NCBI GenBank assembly: GCA_046597055.1
Contig: JBKJLC010000108.1
Coordinates: 1-39,619 of the forward strand
From: Kofleriaceae bacterium
GTDB lineage: Bacteria; Myxococcota_A; Polyangia; Haliangiales; Haliangiaceae
Direction: 5' to 3'
DNA: 39,619 nucleotides
In this document: piece by piece, positions 26,160 to 35,157 of the stretch
How the letters are laid out: every line of letters begins with the position of its first letter
Position numbering within the stretch: position 1 is the stretch's first letter
Made by a program: the position numbers and the translations under genes
The notes under the pieces: model-generated
What the model saw: the letters and a program-made list of their open reading frames with translations, nothing else
Databases searched by the model: none
Told to the model about the DNA's origin: nothing

Positions 26160-28316
26160 ATGAAGCAGCAGATGGTGTTGATGTTGATCGGGATCGCCGG
26201 CGTCGTCGTCCTCGGGATCCTGGTGCTGATTGCCCGCTGCTGGCGGCAGGTCAACCAGGGCCAGGCGATGATCGTGAACCAGATGCGGACCGAACCCAAG
26301 GTGACCTTCTCGGGCGCCGTGGTCCTGCCGATCATCCACCGCGCCGAGATCATGGATCTCTCGGTCAAGACCATCGACGTCGCCCGCAAGGGCAAGGACG
26401 GCCTGATCTGCGCCGACAACATCCGCGCCGACATCAAGGTCACCTTCTTCGTCCGGGTCAACAAGACCACCGACGACGTGCTGCGGGTCGCCCAGTCGAT
26501 CGGCTGCGTGCGCGCCTCGCAGCAGAGCACGCTCGAGGAGCTGTTCTCCGCCAAGTTCTCGGAGGCGCTCAAGACCGTCGGCAAGAAGATGGAGTTCGAG
26601 CAGCTCTACACCCAGCGCGACATCTTCAAGGACCAGATCATCCAGGTGATCGGCCGCGACCTCAACGGCTACATCCTCGACGACGCCGCGATCGACTACC
26701 TCGAGCAGACGCCGATCGAGATCCTCGATCCCCAGAACGTCCTCGACTCGCTCGGCATCAAGAAGATCACGTCGATCACGACGCTCGCCAACATCGACAC
26801 CAACCAGCTCAAGCAGCGCGAGCGGATGGAGATCGGCAAGCAGAACCTGACCTCCGACGAGGCGGTGTTCCGCTTCGAGCAGGCGCGCTCCGAGGCCGAG
26901 GCCAAGAAGAACAAGGAGATCGCGATCGCCAACGCCCGCGAGGAGAACGAGGCCCACCGCTTCCGCCTCGAGGAGGAGAAGCGGACCCACGTCGATCGCC
27001 AGCGCGCCGAGGAGGCCGTGCAGATGGCCGAGCAGGCCAAGCTGCGCGCGGTCCAGGTGTCCGAGCAGGGCCGGGTCCGCGAGGTCGAGGTCGAGAAGGT
27101 CCGGGTCGCCAAGGCCCACGATCTCGAGGAGGTCGGCCGCAAGCGCGAGGTCGAGCTCGGCTCGATCGACATGAACAAGGCGATCGAGACCGAGAAGCGG
27201 TCGATCGCCGACATCATCCGGGCCCGGATCGCGGTCGACAAGACCGTGGCCGTCGAGGAAGAGGCGATCAAGGACCTGCGCACCGACGCCGAGGCCAAGC
27301 GCCACAAGCACGTCACGGTGATCCACGCCGAGGCCGCCGCCCAGGAGCTGTTCATCAAGGACATCAAGAAGGCCGAGGCCGAGCAGCAGGTGGCGACCGC
27401 GCACGCCAAGAAGCAGCTGATCCTCGCCGAGGCCGCGATGGAGGCGTCCGACAAGGAGGCCCGCGCCGCGATCCGCCGCTCCGAGGGCACCCAGGCCGAG
27501 CACTCGGCGCAGGGCCTGGCGCTGGTCCGGGTCAAGGAGGCCGACGCGGTCGCGACCGAGAAGCAGGGCCTGGCCCAGGCCCGGGTCCGCGACGCCCAGG
27601 TGCTGGTCACCGACCGCGAGGGCACCGTGCTGGCCGAGAACGTCCGCCGGCAGGCGCTGGCCGCGGCCTCGGGCCGCGAGGCCGACGCGGTCGCGACCGA
27701 GAAGCAGGGCCTGGCCGAGGCCGTGTCGCTGCGCGAGCGGCTGCTCGCCGAGGCGGCCGGCAAGCAGGCCGACGCCGGCGCGATCGGCGCCCGCATGAAG
27801 GCCGAGGCCGAGGGCCTGGCCCAGAAGGCGGTGGCGATGAAGCAGCTCGAGGGCGCCGGCCGCGAGCACGAGGAGTTCCGCCTGCGGCTCGCCAACGAGC
27901 GCGAGATCGCGATCGAGCAGATCCGGGCCCGGGTCGCGATGAGCGACGCCCAGGCCAAGGTGATGGCCGAGGCGATGGGCAAGGCCGACATCAAGATCAT
28001 CGGTGGCGACGGCCAGTTCTTCGACCGCTTCGTCAAGGCGATCTCGCTGGGCAACGCGATCGACGGCGTGGTCGAGCACTCCGAGGTCGTGCGCGGCGTG
28101 CTGGGCGACCGCCTCGACGGCAACGGCAAGCTGCTGCAGGACGTGAAGGACGTCATCGGCGCCGCCGGGGTGTCGTCCGACGCGCTCAAGAACCTGACGG
28201 TGTCGGCGGTGCTGGGCAGCCTGATGACCAAGGCCGACGACCAGACCCGGACCAAGCTGCAGAGCCTGCTCGACAAGGCCCGTCAGCTCGGGCTCGACAG
28301 CAGCAAGGTCAGCTGA
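26160..28316 (+). CDS. SPFH/band 7 flotillin-like protein (YqiK-like) with a long coiled-coil tail
   Basis: N-terminal TM anchor; GLICADNIRADIKVTFFVRVN and IDYLEQT SPFH motifs; EA-rich coiled coil; IKIIGGDGQFFDR C-terminal motif; AGGAG RBS. Confidence 0.9.
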   Translation: MKQQMVLMLIGIAGVVVLGILVLIARCWRQVNQGQAMIVNQMRTEPKVTFSGAVVLPIIHRAEIMDLSVKTIDVARKGKDGLICADNIRADIKVTFFVRVNKTTDDVLRVAQSIGCVRASQQSTLEELFSAKFSEALKTVGKKMEFEQLYTQRDIFKDQIIQVIGRDLNGYILDDAAIDYLEQTPIEILDPQNVLDSLGIKKITSITTLANIDTNQLKQRERMEIGKQNLTSDEAVFRFEQARSEAEAKKNKEIAIANAREENEAHRFRLEEEKRTHVDRQRAEEAVQMAEQAKLRAVQVSEQGRVREVEVEKVRVAKAHDLEEVGRKREVELGSIDMNKAIETEKRSIADIIRARIAVDKTVAVEEEAIKDLRTDAEAKRHKHVTVIHAEAAAQELFIKDIKKAEAEQQVATAHAKKQLILAEAAMEASDKEARAAIRRSEGTQAEHSAQGLALVRVKEADAVATEKQGLAQARVRDAQVLVTDREGTVLAENVRRQALAAASGREADAVATEKQGLAEAVSLRERLLAEAAGKQADAGAIGARMKAEAEGLAQKAVAMKQLEGAGREHEEFRLRLANEREIAIEQIRARVAMSDAQAKVMAEAMGKADIKIIGGDGQFFDRFVKAISLGNAIDGVVEHSEVVRGVLGDRLDGNGKLLQDVKDVIGAAGVSSDALKNLTVSAVLGSLMTKADDQTRTKLQSLLDKARQLGLDSSKVS
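27537..27716 (+). repeat. Exact 39-bp direct repeat within the flotillin tail (EADAVATEKQGLA x2)
   Basis: gaggccgacgcggtcgcgaccgagaagcagggcctggcc at 27537-27575 and 27678-27716, 141 bp apart and in frame. Confidence 0.9.
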
Positions 28317-28372
28317 GCCTCCGCTCACCCCGCCAGCGGCGAGCAAAGTAGCCTTGGTTTGGCCCAGCTCAT

Positions 28373-28497
28373 CCCCGTTCGCCCTGACCCTGAGCTCGTC
28401 GAAGGGGCGAAGCGCGAAGTCGAAGGGCGCCCGCCACCGCAGGGCGTCCTTCGACCACGAGCTCGCTGGCGCTCGCTCGCGCTCAGGACGAAGGGTC
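28373..28497. repeat. REP-like palindromic element (CCTGAGC...GTCGAAGG / CCTTCGAC...GCTCAGG type)
   Basis: Inner stem gtcgaagggcgccc (28419-28432) / gggcgtccttcgac (28442-28455); outer arms ccgttcgccctga (28375-28387) / tcaggacgaaggg (28483-28495); additional gagctcgt / acgagctc pair. Confidence 0.75.
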
Positions 28498-28579
28498 GGA
28501 GGGCCCTCGCAACCAACAACGCTTGTTCTGACCACGCGTTCGGGACGAACCGATCCTTTCTGAGCACCCGAGGTACCTG

Positions 28580-31500
28580 ATGGCCGACGACGTCGACGCC
28601 GCGCTCACCGGCGGCAACTACGAGGTGCTGCGCCAGCGGCTACACGCCGCTGGCCAGGAGCTGGCGCGCCGCGCCGACACGCTCAACCAGCGGCGCAAGG
28701 CCATCTTCGGCGCGACCGAGCCGCAGCTGGTCGCGACCGAACGGGTGCGCACCGAGCACAACTGCCAGCCGATCGACATCGTCGCGGTCGGCGAGCACCT
28801 GCTGCTCGGGTTCAACGTCTTCCTCGGGCTCAAGGCCGAGACCAAGGTCAGCGACGTGCTGGCCCTGCACCGGTTCGAGCTCCAGGCCGACGGCTCGTAC
28901 GACTGCGCGCACCTGCCGGCCGACGCCCACGGCGGCGTGCTGGTCGGGCCCGACCTCGAGCGCGACTTCGCCAACCTGTACCGCTACCACCGCGACGCCC
29001 GGCTCTTGCAGCTGGTCAAGCGCGACACCCAGCTGCTCGCGGTGTTCCAGGCCGGCGCCAGCTGGAAGGACCAGAAGGTCTTCCGCTGGCGGATCGAGCC
29101 GGGCGGCCAGGTCGTCTACGTCGACGACCGCGGCGAGCGCGACCACGCCGGGCTGGCGCCGTCGCCCTACGACTTCGAGTGGGTCGAGGTCACCCGCGAC
29201 CACCAGGTCGCCGGCAAGCACCCGCACTACAACCTGCTCGACACGATCTTCGTCGAGACCGTCGCCGGCGATCTCACGATCAAGGTCGAGGACAACTCCG
29301 ACCAGGGCCACGGCATCTACGCCGAGCCGGTCGCCGACGCCAACCAGTCGCTCGACGACGGCCGGTTCTTCTACGCGCAGATCGGCAAGCCGGGCGGGCT
29401 CATCCTCCTCAAGGTGCTGCCGTTCCGCGAGGACCAGTGGCGCTACCTGGTCTTCGACGGGCGCTCGAAGAAGGTCTTCCGCGCCGACGGCATCGGCCAG
29501 GGCTGCCGCGGCCTGCCCGAGGACCACGGCGTGGTGTTCCCCGGTGGCTACGTGCTGGTCGGCGGCCAGGCCAAGCTGTTCGACGGCGACGCCAGCGACT
29601 ACCTGCTCGAGCGCGAGCTGCGCTCGCCCAACGGCGAGGACGTCCTCTTCGTCTATCACCGCGGCCGCGACGGCTCGTACCTGCTCTACCCGTACAACCT
29701 GATCGCGAAGGAGATCGGCACCCCGATCGCCTGCCACGGCTACTCGTTGTTCGCCGACGGCCGCATGGTGGTCATGCGCGTGATGTCGACCGAGCCGGCC
29801 CGGGTCCACCCGATGCAGGTGTGGAAGACGCCGTTCACCTCGGCCGAGCACGCGGCCGCCGCGCCCGGCGACGGCAGCTACCTGGCCAAGGTCGGCAACG
29901 CCGATCTGGTGCGCGGCCTGTCCGACGCGCTGTCGATCGCGCGCCTGGCCGGCGGCGAGCAGCCCGAGCGCCAGACCTTCGAGGACATCCTGGCGCTGGC
30001 GACCCGCGCCGGCGACACCTACTACTGGATCGGCCACGCCGATGCCGGCGATCTCAAGACCGCGGTCATCGACGTCAGGGCCGCCGCCAAGCTCATCCTC
30101 GACGAGTACGAGAAGGTCGAGCTGCTGCGCGCCGAGGCCCGCAAGGCGGTCGCCGCCGCCGAAGCCGAGGTCGCCGAGCGCCTGGGCCAGACCCGGTCGG
30201 AGGGCTGGGATCGGATCGATCCGTTCCTGGCCGCGCTGACCAGCCTGCGCGCGCTGCGCGGCGGCCTCATCAGCAAGAAGGAGCAGCGCTTCATCGACGT
30301 GGACCGGCTCGGCCAGCTCGAGGCCGAGGTGGTCACCGGGTTCGAGCGCGTCACCAGCGACTGCGTGGCGCTGCTCGCGCGGGGCCAGGCCTTCACCGAG
30401 CTGGTCGAGCAGGCGACCGCGCTCACCACCCGCGCCGGCGAGCAGGCCACCGCCGCGCTGGTCAAGCCGGTCCGCGAGCAGGTCGACCAGGTCGCTGGCG
30501 GGCTGGCCCTGCTCGGCGAGGTGGTCGGCAACCTGAAGATCGAGGACGCGACCCAGCGCACCACGATCCTCGAGAACATCACCGACGCGTTCGGCCAGGT
30601 CAACCGGGCCCGCGCCACCATCGCGGCCCGCCACCGCGAGCTGGCCGGCAAGGAGGGCAAGGCCGAGTTCGGCGCCCAGGTGAAGCTGCTCACCCAGAGC
30701 GTCGCGTCGGCGCTGGCCCAGTGCGACACCCCCGAGCGCTGCGATCAGGAGCTGACCCGGCTCCTGGTGCAGCTCGAGGAGCTCGAGGGCCGGTTCGCCG
30801 ACGTCGACGAGCTGACCGTCGAGCTGGCGACCAAGCGCGAGGAGATCGTCGACTCGGTCGGCGCCCGCAAGCAGCTGCTGCAGGCCGAGCGCCAGCGCCG
30901 CGCCGCCAACCTCGACAAGGCGGCCCAGCGCATCCTCGAGGGCGTGGCCCGGCGGGCCGCGGCCCTGACCACCACCGACGAGGTCAACGCCTACTTCGCG
31001 TCGGACGCGATGGTGCAGAAGCTCCGCGACGTCGTCGCCGAGCTCGGCAAGCTCGGCGATGCGGTCAAGGCCGACGAGCTCGAGTCGCGGCTCAAGGCGG
31101 CGCGCCAGGACGCGCTGCGCGGTCAGCGCGACAAGGCCGACCTGTTCGAGGGCGCCGGCGAGCTGATCCGGTTCGGCGCCCACCGGTTCGCGGTCAACCG
31201 GCAGCCGCTCGAGCTGATGATCGTGCCGCACGGCGACGGCCTGGCGGTGCACCTGGCCGGCACCGACTTCTACGAGCCGATCGGCGACGAGCGGCTGCTG
31301 GCCGCGCGCGCGCTGTGGGATCAGGATCTGCCGTCGGAGTCACCCGACGTCTACCGGGGCGAGTACCTGGCGGCGTCGGTGCTGGCCGCCGCCTCGGCCG
31401 GCGAGCCGGGCGCGCCCAGCCTGGCCGCCTTGCACGACGCCGCCCGCGACGGCACCGTCGAGGCGCTGCTGCGCCCGATCGCGCAGGAGCGCTACGACGA

Positions 31501-33925
31501 GGGCTACGAGCGCGGCGTGCACGATCACGACGCGGCCCGGATCCTCGAGCGGCTGCTGGCGATGCGCGAGGGCGCCGGCCTGCTCGCGTACCCGGCGGCG
31601 CCGCGGGCGCTGGCCGCGGTGTACTGGATGGCCGAGGCCGGCGACGACGCCGCGGCCCGGCTGCGCTGGCACCGCAGCGCGCAGAGCCTGGCCCGGCTCG
31701 CCGAGGTCCTCGGCGAGCGCGGCGCCCGCGCGCACCTGGCGACCGAGCTGGCGCCGGCGCTGGCCCGGTTCGTCGAGCGCAACCCGGGCCTGGCCGCGAG
31801 CGGCGTCACCGCCGCCGACGTGCCGCTGGCGGCGACCTACCTGGTCCGCGAGCTGGGCGCGGCCCAGCCCCGGTTCGTGGTCAGCGGCGCGGCCCAGGCG
31901 ATCGAGGGCGCGCTGCGGGTCGAGCTCGACGGCCGCGCGGCCCGGACCGGCTTCGAGGACGACCTGCGCGCGCTGGCGGGGGCGCCGGCGGCAGCCCTGG
32001 CGCTGGCCCGGGCCTGGGTCGACGGGGTGGTCGCCAAGCACCCCGACCTGGCCGACGCCGCGGTCGAGGCCGCCGCGCTGGCGTGCACGCCCGGGCTCGA
32101 TCGCGCGCCGTCGAGCGCGACGATCGACGCCACCGTGACCGGCCTGTTCGGCCGCCACCCGCGGGTCGAGAGCGGCACCTTGCGGTTGCGGCTCGACGAG
32201 CTGATCGCGCGGCTGGATCGCTTCCGCCGCGAGCAGGTGCCGGCGTTCCGCGCCTACCGCACGCTGCGCGCCGAGCTCGCCGAGCGCGAAAAGGCGCGGC
32301 TGCGCCTGAACGAGCTGGTGCCGCGCGTGATGTCGTCGTTCGTGCGCAACCGGCTGATCGACGAGGCCTACCTGCCGCTGTGCGGCGCCAACCTCGCCAA
32401 GCAGCTCGGCGCCGCCGGCGCGGCCAAGCGCACCGATCAGATGGGCATGCTGCTGCTCATCTCACCGCCCGGCTACGGCAAGACCACGCTCATGGAGTAC
32501 GTCGCGGCCCGGCTCGGGCTCGCGTTCGTCAAGGTCAACGGCCCGGCGCTCGGCCACGAGGTCACCTCGCTGGATCCGGCCGACGCGCCCAACGCGACCG
32601 CGCGCCAGGAGATCGAGAAGGTCTCGCTCGCGCTCGAGATGGGCACCAACGTGATGCTCTATCTCGACGACATCCAGCACACCTCGCCCGAGCTGCTGCA
32701 GAAGTTCATCTCGCTGTGCGATGCCCAGCGCAAGATCGAGGGCGTGTGGCGGGGCAAGACCCGCACCTACGATCTGCGCGGCAAGAAGTTCTGCGTGGTC
32801 ATGGCCGGTAACCCGTACACCGAGAGCGGCGAGCAGTTCCGCATCCCCGACATGCTCGCCAACCGCGCCGACGTCTACAACCTGGGCGACGTGCTCACCG
32901 GCAAGGGCGAGGCGTTCGCGCTGTCGTACCTCGAGAACGCGCTGACCTCGAACCCGACCCTGGCCCCGCTGGCGACCCGCGAGCTGGCCGACGTCCACAA
33001 GCTGGTGCGCATGGCCCACGGCGAGCCGGTGCCCACCACCGAGCTGTCGCACGGCTACTCGGCGGTCGAGCTCGACGAGATCCTCGCGGTGCTGCGCCAC
33101 CTGTTCGTCGTGCAGGCGACGCTGCTCCTGGTCAACCAGGAGTACATCCGCTCGGCCGGCCAGGCCGCGGCGTTCCGCACCGAGCCGCCGTTCAAGCTGC
33201 AGGGCAGCTACCGCAACATGAACAAGATCGCCGAGAAGGTGGTCGCCGCCTTGACCGCCGACGAGGTCCAGGCGCTCCTCGACGATCACTACCAGGGCGA
33301 GTCGCAGACCCTGACCACCGCCGCCGAGCAGAACCTCCTGAAGCTGGCCGAGCTGCGCGGTCGGATGACGACGGCGCAGTCCGCGCGCTGGGCCGAGATC
33401 AAGGGCGAGTTCGTGCGCCAGCGCCGGATGGGCGGTGCCGCCGACGATCCGGTGTCGCGCCTGGTGGGCACGCTCGGTGGCCTCGGCGCCGAGCTCGCCG
33501 CGATCCGCACCGCGGTCGCCACCGGCAGCAGCGGCGACATCGGCGCCGAGCTGCGCGCGCTGCGCGAGGCGCTCAGCCTGGCGGCGCGGGCCTCCAGCGC
33601 CGACGCGGCCGCGCGCGATCCCGAGGCGTGGCTGGCGCCGCGGCTCGAGGCGCTGACCGCGAGCCTGGCCGCGTACGCCGCGCGCCCGCTGAAGGGGGCG
33701 CTGAACAGCCCGGGCGGGCTCGGCAGCGGCGGTGGCCTCGGCGGCATGATCGGCGCCGAGGCCCTGCTCTCTCAGATCCGGCGGATCGAGGACACGCTGG
33801 TCCCGATGGTCGGTGCGGCGCTCGACCAGCGCGCCGGGGACCAGGCGCTGGCGATGAAGATGGTGCAGATCATCGAGCTGCTCGAGCAGCTCGATGCGCG
33901 CCTGACCGGCCACGCCGCGGGCTGA
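28580..33925 (+). CDS. Giant coiled-coil AAA+ ATPase (DUF3686-type family, often labelled 'DNA repair ATPase')
   Basis: N-terminal GGNYEVLRQRL and a beta-rich region (GKHPHYNLLDTIFVET, SPNGEDVLFVY); long helical middle; Walker A SPPGYGKTT, Walker B MLYLDDIQH, sensor-1 MAGNPY and PDMLANRADVYNLGD; GAGG RBS. Confidence 0.88.
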   Translation: MADDVDAALTGGNYEVLRQRLHAAGQELARRADTLNQRRKAIFGATEPQLVATERVRTEHNCQPIDIVAVGEHLLLGFNVFLGLKAETKVSDVLALHRFELQADGSYDCAHLPADAHGGVLVGPDLERDFANLYRYHRDARLLQLVKRDTQLLAVFQAGASWKDQKVFRWRIEPGGQVVYVDDRGERDHAGLAPSPYDFEWVEVTRDHQVAGKHPHYNLLDTIFVETVAGDLTIKVEDNSDQGHGIYAEPVADANQSLDDGRFFYAQIGKPGGLILLKVLPFREDQWRYLVFDGRSKKVFRADGIGQGCRGLPEDHGVVFPGGYVLVGGQAKLFDGDASDYLLERELRSPNGEDVLFVYHRGRDGSYLLYPYNLIAKEIGTPIACHGYSLFADGRMVVMRVMSTEPARVHPMQVWKTPFTSAEHAAAAPGDGSYLAKVGNADLVRGLSDALSIARLAGGEQPERQTFEDILALATRAGDTYYWIGHADAGDLKTAVIDVRAAAKLILDEYEKVELLRAEARKAVAAAEAEVAERLGQTRSEGWDRIDPFLAALTSLRALRGGLISKKEQRFIDVDRLGQLEAEVVTGFERVTSDCVALLARGQAFTELVEQATALTTRAGEQATAALVKPVREQVDQVAGGLALLGEVVGNLKIEDATQRTTILENITDAFGQVNRARATIAARHRELAGKEGKAEFGAQVKLLTQSVASALAQCDTPERCDQELTRLLVQLEELEGRFADVDELTVELATKREEIVDSVGARKQLLQAERQRRAANLDKAAQRILEGVARRAAALTTTDEVNAYFASDAMVQKLRDVVAELGKLGDAVKADELESRLKAARQDALRGQRDKADLFEGAGELIRFGAHRFAVNRQPLELMIVPHGDGLAVHLAGTDFYEPIGDERLLAARALWDQDLPSESPDVYRGEYLAASVLAAASAGEPGAPSLAALHDAARDGTVEALLRPIAQERYDEGYERGVHDHDAARILERLLAMREGAGLLAYPAAPRALAAVYWMAEAGDDAAARLRWHRSAQSLARLAEVLGERGARAHLATELAPALARFVERNPGLAASGVTAADVPLAATYLVRELGAAQPRFVVSGAAQAIEGALRVELDGRAARTGFEDDLRALAGAPAAALALARAWVDGVVAKHPDLADAAVEAAALACTPGLDRAPSSATIDATVTGLFGRHPRVESGTLRLRLDELIARLDRFRREQVPAFRAYRTLRAELAEREKARLRLNELVPRVMSSFVRNRLIDEAYLPLCGANLAKQLGAAGAAKRTDQMGMLLLISPPGYGKTTLMEYVAARLGLAFVKVNGPALGHEVTSLDPADAPNATARQEIEKVSLALEMGTNVMLYLDDIQHTSPELLQKFISLCDAQRKIEGVWRGKTRTYDLRGKKFCVVMAGNPYTESGEQFRIPDMLANRADVYNLGDVLTGKGEAFALSYLENALTSNPTLAPLATRELADVHKLVRMAHGEPVPTTELSHGYSAVELDEILAVLRHLFVVQATLLLVNQEYIRSAGQAAAFRTEPPFKLQGSYRNMNKIAEKVVAALTADEVQALLDDHYQGESQTLTTAAEQNLLKLAELRGRMTTAQSARWAEIKGEFVRQRRMGGAADDPVSRLVGTLGGLGAELAAIRTAVATGSSGDIGAELRALREALSLAARASSADAAARDPEAWLAPRLEALTASLAAYAARPLKGALNSPGGLGSGGGLGGMIGAEALLSQIRRIEDTLVPMVGAALDQRAGDQALAMKMVQIIELLEQLDARLTGHAAG

Positions 33926-34165
33926 GGATCAGTCAAAATCGTGGAAGGCCGACGATCGTGAGGCGCGCAACTCTGCGAGGTGTCGGAGATTCTGCGCTTG
34001 TGGGTCCGTGTCGGGTATGTCGCACCTGATTTCGGCTTGCCATGGGCATACCGCACAGCAAGCGAAGTACACCGTGCCCGAGCGCCCGCGACCCCGCGCA
34101 CCACGTCCCGCGGTTTTCGAGCGACCCGCCGCGTGATCTGAGGCCCGGGCCATCGCAATCCCAAC

Positions 34166-34181
34166 TGGCACGCCCACTGCA
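34166..34181 (+). promoter_or_regulatory. sigma54 (RpoN) -24/-12 promoter
   Basis: TGGCACG-CCCA-CTGCA matches TGGCACG-N4-TTGCW with one mismatch and exact GG-to-GC spacing; preceded by about 240 bp of lower-GC intergenic DNA. Confidence 0.7.
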
Positions 34182-34193
34182 TTGATTGGCGGC

Positions 34194-35066
34194 ATGCCCG
34201 ACCGCATCCTCGTCGTCGAAGACGATGAATCCATGCGCGACGCGCTGGCCATGCTCCTGCGCGACCAGGGCTACGAGGTGGACACCGCCACCAATGGCCG
34301 CGAAGCCATCGAGCACGTCGACCAGGCCATCCCGGCGCTCATCATCAGCGACATCCGCATGCCGGGGGGTGGCGGCCTCGATATGGTCAAGCGGCTGCGC
34401 GAGCGCGCCGGCTCGGCCGACCTGCCGATCATCCTGGTGTCGGGGCTGACCGCCCGCGAGCGCCGGGTCGCGGCGCTCGACCTGGGCGCCGACGACTACC
34501 TGCACAAGCCGTTCGACGCCGACGAGCTGCTGGCGCGCGTGCGGGTGCATCTCCGGCATGCTCGCCGTCACCAGGAGCTGGCCCGCCGCGCGGTCGTCGA
34601 CCCGCTCACCGGCCTGATGAACCGGGCCGGGATCATGGCGGTCATGCGCCGCGCGCGCGAGCGGGCCCTGCGCGGCGAAGCGCAGCTGTCGATCCTGGCG
34701 ATCGACCTCGACCGCTTCAAGGCGCTCAACGATCGCCACGGGCACCAGGCCGGCGATCAGGCGCTCAAGCAGATCTCGCGCGCGCTGCTCGACAGCGTCC
34801 GCATCGCCGATCATGTCGGCCGGATCGGTGGCGACGAGTTCGTGATCGTGGTTCCCGACAGCGGGATTGGCGCCGAGGCGCTGGCCGGGCGCCTGCGGGC
34901 GATGGCGATGCCCACGCTGTCGCTGACCGGTGACGACGGCGGCATCTCGCTGTCGATCGGCGCCGCGACCCTCGAGCCCGGCGAGACCCTCGACTCGCTG
35001 CTGGCCCGCGCCGACGCGCAGATGTACATCGCGAAGCGCGAGCGTCACCGCGACCGCGCGTCCTGA
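34194..35066 (+). CDS. Response-regulator diguanylate cyclase (REC-GGDEF)
   Basis: RILVVEDD, IISDIRMP and KPF; DPLTGLMNR, DLDRFKALNDRHGHQAGD, I-site RIAD, active site GGDEF and ADAQMY. Confidence 0.95.
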   Translation: MPDRILVVEDDESMRDALAMLLRDQGYEVDTATNGREAIEHVDQAIPALIISDIRMPGGGGLDMVKRLRERAGSADLPIILVSGLTARERRVAALDLGADDYLHKPFDADELLARVRVHLRHARRHQELARRAVVDPLTGLMNRAGIMAVMRRARERALRGEAQLSILAIDLDRFKALNDRHGHQAGDQALKQISRALLDSVRIADHVGRIGGDEFVIVVPDSGIGAEALAGRLRAMAMPTLSLTGDDGGISLSIGAATLEPGETLDSLLARADAQMYIAKRERHRDRAS

Positions 35067-35145
35067 CCGACGGCCCACCGCCGCTCCGCGTCATCGCCGG
35101 GCGGTTGCCCCGGGTGAAACTCGCCGCGGTGCCGGGCACCGGGCG

Positions 35146-35151
35146 TATGCT
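35146..35151 (+). promoter_or_regulatory. -10 hexamer TATGCT, probable leaderless promoter of the SDR gene
   Basis: TATGCT, then 6 nt, then ATG 35158; no Shine-Dalgarno. Confidence 0.5.
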
Positions 35152-35157
35152 CGCGTG

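Noticed and set aside
28325..28580. Small ORFs in the flotillin-ATPase gap
   Set aside because: They are translations of the palindromic repeat, with no convincing RBS or coding-type codon pattern.
28580..33925. Literal DNA-repair or SMC/anti-phage nuclease function for the giant ATPase
   Set aside because: No ABC signature, split Walker motifs, helicase motifs or nuclease motifs are visible; the context is membrane-related. A defence role is not excluded but is unsupported here.
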